Shown piece after piece: positions 9,288-19,159 of a stretch of 64,000 bases of DNA; positions within the stretch are counted from its first letter, which is position 1; each line of letters opens with the position of its first letter. Origin of the DNA: Sulfitobacter sp. Lineage in GTDB: Bacteria; Pseudomonadota; Alphaproteobacteria; Rhodobacterales; Rhodobacteraceae. The stretch covers positions 18,110-82,109 of the forward strand of contig JBLIAN010000014.1 of assembly GCA_047634585.1 (NCBI GenBank), read 5' to 3'. The translations under genes were made by a program, and so were the position numbers. The notes beneath the pieces were generated by a model. It did not search any database and was not told where the DNA came from. It saw only the letters and a list, made by a program, of their open reading frames with translations.

Positions 9288-11783
9288 CTATTGCATCTCT
9301 GCGGGCGTGTCTGAGGGCGGTATCGGGCCTTTGGGCGGGCCGATCCAGCGCAGGCGCAAGGCATTGGACAGAACAAAAACACTTGATAACGCCATCGCGC
9401 CCGCCGCCAGCGCCGGCGATAGCATCAGATCAAACAGCGGATAGAATACCCCTGCCGCCACGGGGATCAGCACCACATTATAGCCAAAGGCCCAGAACAG
9501 GTTTTGCCGGATATTGCGCATGGTGTGGCGGCTGACATGCAGCGCATTCACCACGCCTTGCAAATCCCCCGATATCAACACCACATCCGCCGCTTCGATG
9601 GCCACATCGGTGCCTGTGCCAATCGCAATGCCCACATCGGCGCGGGCCAAGGCAGGGGCATCATTGATCCCGTCCCCGACAAAGGCCACTTTACCGCCCT
9701 CCGATTGCAGTTTTTCGAGCGCCGTAACTTTGCCTTCCGGCAGTACCTCGGCGACAATTGTATCAATGCCCAGCGTTAGGCCAATCGCCTGTGCGGTGGC
9801 CTTGTTGTCGCCGGTGATCATCGCAACCTTCAGCCCCAGCTCATGCAAGGCGGCAATCGCCGCAGCGCTATTGGGTTTAACCGGATCAGACACGGCAATC
9901 ACCGCAGCAAGCTGTCCGTCGATCGCCACAAAGAGCGGGGTTTTGCCATCTTGCCCCAGCGCCTGTGCGCTTTGATCCAGACCGCCCAGCGCGACGCCTT
10001 CGCGGGCCAATAACCGATCCGCGCCGATCAGCACCCTGCGCCCGTCGGCCAAAGCACTGACACCATATCCGGTGATCGAAGTGAAATCCGTTACCGCAGC
10101 CAGTGACAGGTTTTTGGCCTTGGCATGGCGGGTAACGGCCACCGCAATCGGGTGTTCCGACAGGGCTTCGACAGCGGCGACAAGGCGCAGCACCTCGTCT
10201 TGCTCAAACCCCGCCGTGACCTCCAGATCGGTCAGCGCAGGGTGGCCTTGGGTCAAGGTGCCGGTCTTGTCCAAGGCAACGGTGGTCACCTCGTCCAGCC
10301 CCTGCAAGGCATCGCCGCGCCGGAACAATACCCCAAGTTCCGCCGCACGCCCTGTCCCGACCATGATCGACGTCGGCGTGGCCAGCCCCATCGCGCAGGG
10401 ACAGGCGATGATCAACACCGCGACCGCCGCCACCAATGCAAACCCGAGCGCGGGATCAGGCCCTGCAACCAGCCATGTCAGAAACGTCACCAAGGCCACG
10501 CCAATCACCGCAGGTACAAACCAAAGCGTGATGCGGTTGACCAAATCCTGAATTGGCAGTTTCGCGCCTTGGGCCTCTTCGACCATGCGGATGATCTGGG
10601 CCAGCATCGTGTCGCTGCCAACCTTGGTTGCGCGAAAGGTCAGCGCCCCCGCCCCGTTGATTGTCCCGCCAACCAGCTCGGAATCCGTCGCTTTTTCCAC
10701 CGGGATCGGTTCGCCCGTGATCATGCTTTCATCAACGTAAGACGCCCCTTTGACAACAATCCCGTCCACCGCAACCTTTTCACCGGGATGCACGCGGATC
10801 AGATCGCCCAGTTTGATGTCATCCACCGCCAGTTCGCGCAGCTGTCCGTCGCGTTCGACCTGTGCGGTTTTGGCTTTCAACCCGATCAAGCTGCGGATCG
10901 CCTGCCCTGTGCGGCCTTTGGCCCGCGCCTCAAGGGTGCGGCCCAGCAAGATCAGCGTGACAATCACCGCCGCCGCTTCGAAATACACCGCCTGTGTGCC
11001 TGCGGGCAGCACGGCGGGCGCAAACAATGCCACCGTGGAAAAGCCCCAGGCCGCAGATGACCCAAGCGCCACCAGAGAATTCATATCCGGCGCGCCTTTC
11101 AACAGGGCCGGAAACCCTTTGAGGTAAAACTGCCGCCCGGGCCAGAGCATGACAAGGCTGCTGAGCCCGAATTGCACGCTCCAACTGGCCCCTGCGCCCA
11201 GCGTGTTCATCACCCAATGGTGCAGCGCCGGGATCATGTGGCCGCCCATTTCGAGGATAAAAACCGGCAAGGTCAGCACCGTTGCAATCAGCGTCATCCG
11301 CTTTAGATGCGCGGCTTCCTCGGCTTTGCGATCCACTGTGGCGCTTGTGTCGGATGAATCACCGATCAAGGTGGCGCGATACCCGGCATTTGTGGCCACA
11401 GCGGCAATATCCGACGGCGAGACCGATGCCCCCAGCACCCGAACAAAAGCCTCTTCCTTAGCCAGATTGACATCGGCTGACAGGACACCGGCAACAGCTG
11501 CCAGCGCCCTTTCGACACGCCCCACACAAGAGGCACAGGACATGTTTTCAATGGCAAAGCGATGGGTCTGCACCTGAGCAGGATAGCCTGCCGCCTTCAA
11601 CGCAGCCGCCGTTTCACGGGCGCCAAAGCTGTCATTCACATGGATGGTCGCGGTTTCCGCTGCCAGATTGACCTGCGCCTGCTGCACCCCTTGTTGGCGC
11701 TGCAACGCCTTTTCCACCCGCCCGACACAAGAGGCACAGCTCAGTGCCTGCACCCCGAATGTCAGTGTTTTGTCGCGCCCCAT
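9288..11783 (-). CDS. copA: Copper-translocating P1B-type ATPase
   Basis: Two N-terminal heavy-metal-binding domains (CASCVGRVE twice). CPC motif (CPCAMGLATP), DKTGTLT, GDGINDAP. Confidence 0.95.
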   Translation of the reverse strand: MGRDKTLTFGVQALSCASCVGRVEKALQRQQGVQQAQVNLAAETATIHVNDSFGARETAAALKAAGYPAQVQTHRFAIENMSCASCVGRVERALAAVAGVLSADVNLAKEEAFVRVLGASVSPSDIAAVATNAGYRATLIGDSSDTSATVDRKAEEAAHLKRMTLIATVLTLPVFILEMGGHMIPALHHWVMNTLGAGASWSVQFGLSSLVMLWPGRQFYLKGFPALLKGAPDMNSLVALGSSAAWGFSTVALFAPAVLPAGTQAVYFEAAAVIVTLILLGRTLEARAKGRTGQAIRSLIGLKAKTAQVERDGQLRELAVDDIKLGDLIRVHPGEKVAVDGIVVKGASYVDESMITGEPIPVEKATDSELVGGTINGAGALTFRATKVGSDTMLAQIIRMVEEAQGAKLPIQDLVNRITLWFVPAVIGVALVTFLTWLVAGPDPALGFALVAAVAVLIIACPCAMGLATPTSIMVGTGRAAELGVLFRRGDALQGLDEVTTVALDKTGTLTQGHPALTDLEVTAGFEQDEVLRLVAAVEALSEHPIAVAVTRHAKAKNLSLAAVTDFTSITGYGVSALADGRRVLIGADRLLAREGVALGGLDQSAQALGQDGKTPLFVAIDGQLAAVIAVSDPVKPNSAAAIAALHELGLKVAMITGDNKATAQAIGLTLGIDTIVAEVLPEGKVTALEKLQSEGGKVAFVGDGINDAPALARADVGIAIGTGTDVAIEAADVVLISGDLQGVVNALHVSRHTMRNIRQNLFWAFGYNVVLIPVAAGVFYPLFDLMLSPALAAGAMALSSVFVLSNALRLRWIGPPKGPIPPSDTPAEMQ

Positions 11784-11811
11784 GATACGTCCTCGCTGCT
11801 TGTCTTGCCCC

Positions 11812-11843
11812 TACATGGGGCTTCCAGCAACTGGAAGGTCAAG
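11812..11843 (-). promoter_or_regulatory. CueR box / MerR-type promoter of copA
   Basis: On the minus strand: TTGACC followed by the dyad CTTCCAG-TTG-CTGGAAG. It closely resembles the E. coli PcopA sequence TTGACCTTCC..TTGCTGGAAGG. Sits about 30-60 nt upstream of the copA ATG. Confidence 0.6.
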
Positions 11844-11856
11844 GGCCAAAAACAAT

Positions 11857-13236
11857 TCAGGCGCTGTCTTGGGCGGATTTGGGAAAGGTCAGGCGCACCA
11901 CCAGACCCGGATCATTTGAATCCAGCTCCAATTCGGCGTTGTGCAGATCGCCAATCACCGCAACAAGACTCAGGCCCAATCCGTTTCCCGTGGTGGTCCG
12001 GCTGCTTTCCAACCGATAGAGGCGGCGCAAGACGTTCTGGCGTTCCTGTGGGGGAATGCCCGGGCCGCTGTCACAGACTGAAAGCTGCACCCGCCCGTCC
12101 ACCAACCCCACCGCCACTTTGATCGCCGATCCTTTGGGCGTGTGGCGCAGGGCGTTTTCAATCAGATTGGCCAACACCTGCCCCAGCAAGCCTTTTTCCC
12201 CCGAAACAATACAGGGTGATGTGCCGGTGATTTCGGTCTGCAAGCGATGCCCTGTCTCATCGGCGCTGGGTTCGTATACTTCGACAAAGGTCGCGACAAG
12301 CGCCCCCAGATCAACGGGTTTGAACCGGTTGCGCGGGCTACCACCTTCGATCTGGGCAATCTGCAACAGCGATTGAAAAGTCGCCACAATGCCAGCGGTT
12401 TCCTGTCCGGCCTCATCCAGCAGGGTCTCAAGGTCATCGGGCAGGCCCGACATTTCCCGGGCGCGGTTCAACAAAACAGACACCCGCTGGATCGGGGTTT
12501 TCAGATCATGGGCAATATCCGCCGACACCTGCCGCAGCGCATTGACCGAAGATTGTTGGGCAGATGCCATGCGGTCCACCTGTGCGGCAATGATCGACAG
12601 ATCATCAGCATGGCCTTGCATCTTGGACACCCGCGCGGACAGATCGCCTTCGGTCAGGCGCTCCAGGGTGCCGCCGATGGCCTCAATGCGGCGGCCACTG
12701 CGCCGCGCAATCACCAGCCCCGCGGCAAGGGCAAAGCCGGTGGTGGGCAGCAGGCTCAGCAACAGGATATTCAGGAACAATTCACCAAGGTCTTCGATCT
12801 GGGACCGGCTGTTGGCGATGGTCAATTGCCCGCCATAAAGTTCGGACGTCAGGGCAAGATAGGGCTGTTCGGACAGGTCTTGGCCATCGGGCAGGGAAAT
12901 CACCCGAAACCCCTTGCCGGACTGCGCAACAATACCATTGCCGAAATGCCGCCCGTCGGCCGCCAGATAGCTTAATATCCGCCGTTCCGGTTTGGTCACT
13001 GCGGCCTCGGCCGTGATCAGACGCGCCACCGCCGTGGCAGAGGGTGCGGCCTGAAACCCGGCCAGTTCCTGCTGTAAATCGGTTTCCATCGTTTGATTGA
13101 ATGAATCGCGGATCACCAGATAGGATGCACCCAGGCTGATCAGGCTGACAAAGGCGAACAGGATCACCAATGCCACCGCCAGCCGCAAAGGTGTCGAGCG
13201 CCACAGCCTGCGGGTTCTTTCGCCCAAAGCGGTCAT
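11857..13236 (-). CDS. Two-component sensor histidine kinase (2 TM, HAMP, HisKA, HATPase_c)
   Basis: H-box HDLKTPIQ, N-box ENALRHT, G1 DSGPGI, G2 GNGLGLS. Confidence 0.85.
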   Translation of the reverse strand: MTALGERTRRLWRSTPLRLAVALVILFAFVSLISLGASYLVIRDSFNQTMETDLQQELAGFQAAPSATAVARLITAEAAVTKPERRILSYLAADGRHFGNGIVAQSGKGFRVISLPDGQDLSEQPYLALTSELYGGQLTIANSRSQIEDLGELFLNILLLSLLPTTGFALAAGLVIARRSGRRIEAIGGTLERLTEGDLSARVSKMQGHADDLSIIAAQVDRMASAQQSSVNALRQVSADIAHDLKTPIQRVSVLLNRAREMSGLPDDLETLLDEAGQETAGIVATFQSLLQIAQIEGGSPRNRFKPVDLGALVATFVEVYEPSADETGHRLQTEITGTSPCIVSGEKGLLGQVLANLIENALRHTPKGSAIKVAVGLVDGRVQLSVCDSGPGIPPQERQNVLRRLYRLESSRTTTGNGLGLSLVAVIGDLHNAELELDSNDPGLVVRLTFPKSAQDSA

Positions 13237-13904
13237 TCTTCGATCCGGTATCCGGAACCACGGATGGTTTTGATCAATTCGGTCTCGAAAGGTTTGTCAA
13301 CTTTGGCCCGCAGGCGGCTGACATGGGTTTCCACCACATTGGTCTGCGGATCAAAACTGATGTCCCAGACCGCCTCAAGCAACATGGTGCGGGTCTGCAC
13401 GCGGCCCTTGCGGCGCAACAGATGTTCGAGAAGGGCAAATTCGCGGGGCAGCAGATCAATTTCGACACCTTCGCGGATCACTTTGCGGCGGATCAAATCC
13501 ATGCTCAATCCCCCCGCCGTCAACATGCTTTCGCGTTCTTTCAACTGCGGCCTGCGGGCCAATGCCGCCACCCGTGCAGACAATTCGCCAAATGCAAAAG
13601 GTTTGGTCAGGTAATCATCCCCGCCCGCGTTCAACCCGTCAATCCGGTCATCCACCCCGCCCAGAGAAGTCAGAAAAATCACCGGCGTCAGGTTCTTGGC
13701 CCCGCGCAGGGTTTTCACAATCGACACACCGTCGATTTCCGGCAACATCCGGTCCACAATCAGGATGTCATAATCCGATGCGGTGGCCTGGATCAACCCG
13801 TCACGGCCATTGGCCAACAGATCGACGGTATGGCCTTCTTCGCGCAGCCCATGCGCCACATATTCGCCGGTGGTTTTGTCATCTTCCATGACCAGAATTT
13901 TCAT
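13233..13904 (-). CDS. OmpR-family response regulator
   Basis: MKILVMEDD start, receiver Asp in ILIVDRMLP, winged-helix C-terminus. The longer ORF to 14009 was rejected because its extension is not protein-like. Confidence 0.9.
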   Translation of the reverse strand: MKILVMEDDKTTGEYVAHGLREEGHTVDLLANGRDGLIQATASDYDILIVDRMLPEIDGVSIVKTLRGAKNLTPVIFLTSLGGVDDRIDGLNAGGDDYLTKPFAFGELSARVAALARRPQLKERESMLTAGGLSMDLIRRKVIREGVEIDLLPREFALLEHLLRRKGRVQTRTMLLEAVWDISFDPQTNVVETHVSRLRAKVDKPFETELIKTIRGSGYRIEE

Positions 13905-14011
13905 AGCTGGTTCCACTTTTTTGGTGTTTGGTGCGGCCCTGATGGGCCGCCCCTGACAGGCGGCCCCTGATAGGCCGCATTGTATCACCTGATTGCAACA
14001 GGTCTGCACCT

Positions 14012-14407
14012 TTAGTTGCTTTGCCCTGAATCTGCATCATCATTGGTTTCGCCGTCACCGTCACCATCATCCAGCGCCGCGTGGTCGTCGCCCTGCGCCT
14101 TGATCATTTTGGTATCGGCATTCACCATGAATTCCTTGCCGGATCCATCTGCCATTTTCACATCAACTTCAACCAGTGTCCCCTGACCCGATGCCTCGTC
14201 GTCAATTTCCATGCCGATGACCTTGCCACCTGTCGAGGCTTCAACCGGGGCGATCAGATCATGCATCGCGGGGTTCTCTTTCAGGAATTGCTGCAATTCA
14301 CTGGCGTCTACAGATTCATTGTCATTGGCAGCAAAAGCCGCGCCGGACAGGGCGGTCAAGGTGATCAATCCGGTGGTTGCCACTGCGAACAAACGATTGC
14401 GTTTCAT
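14012..14407 (-). CDS. Small periplasmic PepSY-like domain protein with an acidic C-terminal tail
   Basis: Signal peptide MKRNRLFAVATTGLITLTALSGAAFA. PepSY-like core (GGKVIGMEIDDE...LVEVDVKMADGSGKEFMVNADT). Confidence 0.55.
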   Translation of the reverse strand: MKRNRLFAVATTGLITLTALSGAAFAANDNESVDASELQQFLKENPAMHDLIAPVEASTGGKVIGMEIDDEASGQGTLVEVDVKMADGSGKEFMVNADTKMIKAQGDDHAALDDGDGDGETNDDADSGQSN

Positions 14408-14651
14408 GTTATTTCTCCTTTTGGGGCAAGCGGCATCATGTCGCCTGCTGATCCACAGATGGACATGCCGCATGTCGCCCCCCTGTGGCTCAGATTACAG
14501 ATTGGTAATCTTGCCCGCCGCTGCATTTCCGGCGCTTTGCCGCCCCAACCCCGCAAATCGCAAGATTACAAAACTGTATAGCCCCCGAGACCCAAATCTC
14601 ATCTGGGGTGCCGATCTTGAGGCCATAACGCATGAAACCGGAGATATCCTC

Positions 14652-15761
14652 ATGACACATACACCTACACCCAAAGGCCGCAGCACATTGACTGCGGCAC
14701 TTCTGGCGGCAACCGTGGCCACAACAGGATTGGCCGCGCTTGCCCCCTCTGCCGCCTTGGCGGTGCCCGCGGGCGGCTATGCCGATCTGGTCGAAGCCGT
14801 ATCCCCCAGCGTGGTCTTTATCGAAGTGACCGCCAAAGCCACACCGGCAGCAGGCAATTCGGAAATGATGAATGAATTGCAGCGCCAGTTCGGTGGCAAA
14901 CTGCCCTTCCCGCCGCAATCCACCCCGACACAGGGCGTTGGATCGGGCTTTATCATCAGCCCCGAAGGCGACATCGTGACCAACAACCACGTCATTGATG
15001 GTGCCACCGAGGTAAAGGTGAAACTGTCGGATGGGCGCAGCTTTCCCGCCAAGGTGATCGGCAGCGATCCCATGACCGACATTGCCCTGCTGCGCATCGA
15101 GACAGGTGAATCCCTGCCCGCCGTTGCATTCGGATCTTCCGGTGCAATCCGCGTTGGCGATGAAGCCATTGCCGTGGGCAACCCCTTTGGCCTTGGCGGC
15201 ACCGTGACCACCGGGATCGTTTCGGCCACATCGCGCAACATCCATTCCGGCCCGTTTGATGATTTCATCCAGACCGATGCGGCAATCAACCGTGGCAATT
15301 CCGGCGGCCCATTGTTCAACGCCCAGGGCGAGGTGATCGGGGTCAATACCGCGATCTATTCCCCGGATGGCGGATCGGTTGGCATCGGCTTTGCCGTCCC
15401 TGCGGATATGGTGCAAAACGTGGTGGCCGATCTGGCCGATGACGGCATGATTGATCGTGGCTGGTTGGGCGTTCAGATCAAACCAATGAGTGACGAAGTC
15501 GCCGCGGTTCTGGGCTATGATGCCCCCAAAGGTGCGGTGATCGAAGCGGTCCAGCCGGACAGCCCTGCGCAAAAAGCGGGGTTCAAAGCCGGCGACATCA
15601 TCATGTCCTTTGCCGGAACCGCGATTGATGAATTGCGCGACCTGCCCCGCGTTGTGGCCAGCACCGCACCTGAATCCGATCAAAAAGTTATCGTGCTGCG
15701 CAAAGGCGCCGAAGTCACCCTTGATGTCACACTCGGGCATCTGCCCAAGCAGGACGCCTGA
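14652..15761 (+). CDS. HtrA/DegP-family periplasmic serine protease with one PDZ domain
   Basis: Catalytic residues in TNNHVI, DIALLRI and GNSGGPL. PDZ segment GAVIEAVQPDSPAQKAGFKAGDII. Start at MTHTPTPKG, followed by a signal sequence. Confidence 0.9.
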   Translation: MTHTPTPKGRSTLTAALLAATVATTGLAALAPSAALAVPAGGYADLVEAVSPSVVFIEVTAKATPAAGNSEMMNELQRQFGGKLPFPPQSTPTQGVGSGFIISPEGDIVTNNHVIDGATEVKVKLSDGRSFPAKVIGSDPMTDIALLRIETGESLPAVAFGSSGAIRVGDEAIAVGNPFGLGGTVTTGIVSATSRNIHSGPFDDFIQTDAAINRGNSGGPLFNAQGEVIGVNTAIYSPDGGSVGIGFAVPADMVQNVVADLADDGMIDRGWLGVQIKPMSDEVAAVLGYDAPKGAVIEAVQPDSPAQKAGFKAGDIIMSFAGTAIDELRDLPRVVASTAPESDQKVIVLRKGAEVTLDVTLGHLPKQDA

Positions 15762-15873
15762 CACCCCGTTTCATCCGCTGTTTCCCCCCAGACGTAGCGG
15801 ATGAATTTTCCCGAGGATTTGGGAAAATATGCTCCGGCGCCCAGTGCGTCGGAGCATTTCTTTTCGACCGGGA

Positions 15874-17220
15874 TCAGGCCGCAGCCAGCCCCGCATCCAG
15901 GGCGCTGAGGATCACATTTGTATCCTCGGCGCTCAGAACCAGAGGTGGCGACAGGATGATATTCGGGCCCGACACCCGCACCATCGCGCCATGGTCATAG
16001 GCGGCTTCCTGAACCCTGAGCGCGGTTGCGCCATCCATCGGTGTCTTGGCCGCGCGGTCACTGACCATTTCAATCGCCGTCATCAACCCGTGCCCGCCGC
16101 GCACATCGCCGATAATGTCATATTTTGCCATCAGGGCCTTGCAGCCCTCGTATAATTGCGTGCCGCGCGCCGCTGCGTTTTCCACCACATTCAGGCGTTT
16201 GGTTTCCGCCAGACAGGCCAAGGCCGCCGCCGCCCCGACAGGATGCCCCGAATAGGTATAGCCATGGCCGATCTTGGCGGCGGAATTGTTTTCAAAGGCC
16301 TCGATCATCTTGTCCCCGATCATCACCGCCCCAAAGGGAAAGAACCCGTTGGTGATGGCTTTGGCGGTACACATCATGTCGGGCTTGATGCCCCAAAGCC
16401 GCGCCCCGGACCACGCCCCCGTGCGGCCATAGGCGGTAATAACCTCATCAGTGATCAGCAAAATCCCGTTGCGCTCACAAATCTCGCGCACCATCGGGGC
16501 AAAGCTTTTGTGCGGCGGGATCACCCCGCCAGCGCCCAATATCGGCTCCATGATCATTGCGGCAATGGTGCCTGCCCCCTGAAAGGCAATTTCGTCTTCC
16601 AAGGCTTTGACACAGAGCAACGCCAGTTTCTCTGGATCGGTTTCGTTGAACGGATTGCGATAGGTATAGGGCGCGGGAATATGGAAACATCCGGGCATCA
16701 GCGGTTCATAGGCGCTGCGGAAATTGGCATTGCCGTTGACGCTGGCCGCGCCCATATGGGTGCCGTGATAGCCTTTTTTCAGGCTCAGGAATTTCACCCG
16801 CCCCGGGTCACCGCGCAGCTTGTGGTATTGTCGCGCCAGACGCAGCGCCGTTTCAACAGAATCCGATCCACCCGAGGTAAAGAACGCCCGGCTTAATCCG
16901 TCGGGGGCGAAAAACCCGGCCAGTTCGTAAGACAGTTCAATCACGGCGTCATTGGTGGTGCCGCGAAAGGTGGAATAATATGGCAGTTGCGCCAATTGGG
17001 CGGTGATCGCGTCTTTTACGGGCTGGCAGGAATAGCCCAGATTGACGTTCCACAACCCGCCCACCGCATCCACCACCGAATGGCCGTCAATGTCCTCTAT
17101 CCTTACCCCTTCCGATCCGGTGATGATCTTGGGCGGGTTGGTCTGGCTGTCCTCGGGCGAGGTCATCGGATGCCAGAAATGCCGTGCATTGTTTTCTTTC
17201 AGAAAGTTTGAATCTTTCAT
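15874..17220 (-). CDS. Class III PLP-dependent aminotransferase (omega-amino acid/amine-pyruvate type)
   Basis: GGLWNVNLGY, FFTSGGSDSVETA, LITDEVITAYGRTG, CTAKAITNGFFPFG. Confidence 0.85.
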   Translation of the reverse strand: MKDSNFLKENNARHFWHPMTSPEDSQTNPPKIITGSEGVRIEDIDGHSVVDAVGGLWNVNLGYSCQPVKDAITAQLAQLPYYSTFRGTTNDAVIELSYELAGFFAPDGLSRAFFTSGGSDSVETALRLARQYHKLRGDPGRVKFLSLKKGYHGTHMGAASVNGNANFRSAYEPLMPGCFHIPAPYTYRNPFNETDPEKLALLCVKALEDEIAFQGAGTIAAMIMEPILGAGGVIPPHKSFAPMVREICERNGILLITDEVITAYGRTGAWSGARLWGIKPDMMCTAKAITNGFFPFGAVMIGDKMIEAFENNSAAKIGHGYTYSGHPVGAAAALACLAETKRLNVVENAAARGTQLYEGCKALMAKYDIIGDVRGGHGLMTAIEMVSDRAAKTPMDGATALRVQEAAYDHGAMVRVSGPNIILSPPLVLSAEDTNVILSALDAGLAAA

Positions 17221-18026
17221 GCTGCAGGTTCCTTAGAAGATGTTTCTTGCACCGAAGCCTGCCAAAGGGCGTCGATCCAAGCGGGGATTTCGCCACCCCA
17301 GTTCCGGGTGATTTCTTTGCTGGCGCGCATCAGATGGCGGCGGATGTCTTGGGCGGATTGCGGGGTCAGGCGGCTGGCGACACTGGCCACCGCAACAGTG
17401 CCTGCAAACAATCCGGTTTGATCAAACACCGGCGCTGCAATGCCGTGAATGTCGGTTTCCAGACTGCGATCCGAATTGCCAAACCCGCTGGCGCGGGTCA
17501 GCGCAACAGCAGCCTCCAGCGCGCTTTGCGTGGTATTGGTCTGCGGGGTAAACTGCGTCAGATCCCTGTGGGCGGCCTCCATCAGATGCGCCGGCCCAAA
17601 GGCCAAGGCACAGCTGCCCGATGCCGTGGCATGCAACGGCAAAATACGCAGATCAATCACCGCGCGGGTGCTGTGTACTGTCGGTTCGTGATCCACCAGC
17701 GCATGCAATGCATGGCCCGACAGAACCGCCACATGCGATGTTTCACCCGTGGCCTCGGCCAGATCGCGCAGCGCCGCTTGGGCACCGGCACGGCGCGGCA
17801 CAGTGGCTTCGCGCAATTGCGCCAGAGGCAAAACTGCGGGTCCGATCCGATAGGCTTTGGTCAGCGGGTTCTGCTCGACAAAACCCGCCGCTTCGAGGTT
17901 GGACAGATAGCGATAGGTGGTTGCCTTGTCGCGGCCCGCCCTGCGGCACAGCTGTGACAGGCCGATTTCGGGGGTTTGCGCCGAAAAATAGCCCAGAAGC
18001 TCAATCGCCTTGGTCACCACGGACAT
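17217..18026 (-). CDS. IclR-family transcriptional regulator
   Basis: N-terminal helix-turn-helix (LSQLCRRAGRDKATTYRYLSNLEAAGFV) plus an IclR effector domain. Its stop overlaps the downstream transaminase start. Confidence 0.85.
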   Translation of the reverse strand: MSVVTKAIELLGYFSAQTPEIGLSQLCRRAGRDKATTYRYLSNLEAAGFVEQNPLTKAYRIGPAVLPLAQLREATVPRRAGAQAALRDLAEATGETSHVAVLSGHALHALVDHEPTVHSTRAVIDLRILPLHATASGSCALAFGPAHLMEAAHRDLTQFTPQTNTTQSALEAAVALTRASGFGNSDRSLETDIHGIAAPVFDQTGLFAGTVAVASVASRLTPQSAQDIRRHLMRASKEITRNWGGEIPAWIDALWQASVQETSSKEPAA

Positions 18027-18066
18027 TCAGTATCGCTCCTTTTATCGGGCAGTTTCACAAAAACAT

Positions 18067-18127
18067 TTGACAGGTTAAATTTAACAAGGCAATCTTTTTT
18101 TCACAACAGTGGTTCAATAAATGAACC
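18067..18127. promoter_or_regulatory. Divergent promoter/operator region between iclR and tctC
   Basis: TTGACA at 18067-18072. Perfect 12-bp palindrome GTTAAATTTAAC at 18074-18085. Inverted repeat GGTTCA-N5-TGAACC at 18111-18127. Confidence 0.35.
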
Positions 18128-18145
18128 GATCAAAGGGAGAACCCG

Positions 18146-19090
18146 ATGCGTAAACTTGCCAAGACTCTGAGCGTCACAGCGCTTGCAGCCACCGCTTTTG
18201 CTGCAGCTGCTTTTGCCGAATACCCCGAAAAGCCCGTTGAATTTGTCGTGCCCTGGCCCCCCGGCGATCTGGAGGACGTGCTCACACGGATGATCGCCGA
18301 AGATTTCCAGGCGGAATATGGCGTGCCCGCAGCCGTGGTGAACAAACCCGGCGGCGGCGGCGGCCCCTTTCCGGGTGCGGTCTCTGTCGCGACGGCCCCT
18401 GCGGATGGCTATACCATCGGATCGTTTATCATCGCCATTCCAGTGGTCGGTCCGCATATCGGCATTCCCGAATTGAACCCCGATCCCTTTGTGCCGCTGG
18501 GCAATTTTCTGACCTATCCTTTTGTCATCGCAACAAGCGGTGATGCCCCCTATGACGACATGGCCGGCCTTGCCGCCTATGCCAATGAAAATGATGTGGT
18601 GTTGGGGCATTTCGGCGCGCCTTTGGTGCCGACACAGGTGACCTTGGGACTGGCCAGCGAAATGGGTTTCTCATTCGCCGCTGATGCCGCCTTTGATGCG
18701 CTGGATTGCAACACGCTGGCCTCTGGCGATGTGGATGTGATCAACACCACCCTGCAATTGATCCTGCCCTGCCTTGATACCGTCAAGGTGCTGGCCTCGA
18801 TCGGCAGTGAACGTATCCCGCTGACCCCGGATGCCCCAACGGTTGCCGAACTGGCACCCGATCTGAACGTCGCCTTGTGGAACGGATTGTTTGTGCGCAA
18901 AGGCACCCCCCAAGACGTGCAGGACAAGATCATCGCCGTGGCCCAAAAAACCGTGATGTCCGAACGCGCCCAGAAACTGGCTGCTGAAACCGGTGCAACA
19001 CTCTATTGGCAACCTGCCGATGCGGTGGAAAAACAAATCCGGTCCGACATTGAAACATTGGATCACATCGGCAAAGTGCTGGGCAATTGA
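18146..19090 (+). CDS. Tripartite tricarboxylate transporter (TTT) substrate-binding protein, TctC/Bug family
   Basis: Signal peptide. EYPEKPVEFVVPWPPGD and NKPGGGG motifs typical of Bug/TctC proteins. Confidence 0.85.
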   Translation: MRKLAKTLSVTALAATAFAAAAFAEYPEKPVEFVVPWPPGDLEDVLTRMIAEDFQAEYGVPAAVVNKPGGGGGPFPGAVSVATAPADGYTIGSFIIAIPVVGPHIGIPELNPDPFVPLGNFLTYPFVIATSGDAPYDDMAGLAAYANENDVVLGHFGAPLVPTQVTLGLASEMGFSFAADAAFDALDCNTLASGDVDVINTTLQLILPCLDTVKVLASIGSERIPLTPDAPTVAELAPDLNVALWNGLFVRKGTPQDVQDKIIAVAQKTVMSERAQKLAAETGATLYWQPADAVEKQIRSDIETLDHIGKVLGN

Positions 19091-19159
19091 TCTGATACAA
19101 CCGGGCAGCCGGGCCTGATATCGGTCCGGCTGTTTGGCCCCCTCAACAGGAGAACTCCA

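Noticed and set aside
13905-14009. N-terminal extensions of several ORFs: response regulator to 14009, PepSY to 14473, HtrA from 14211, ATPase to 5868, TRAP binding protein from 43961, DUF1328 to 34250, nepR to 33125
   Set aside because: In each case an internal start gives the canonical family N-terminus or signal peptide with an RBS. The extension overlaps a neighbouring gene or promoter.
14490-15764. 424-aa minus-strand ORF opposite the HtrA protease
   Set aside because: The plus-strand frame has the full His/Asp/Ser triad and a PDZ domain. The antisense frame is Gly/Arg/His-rich nonsense.
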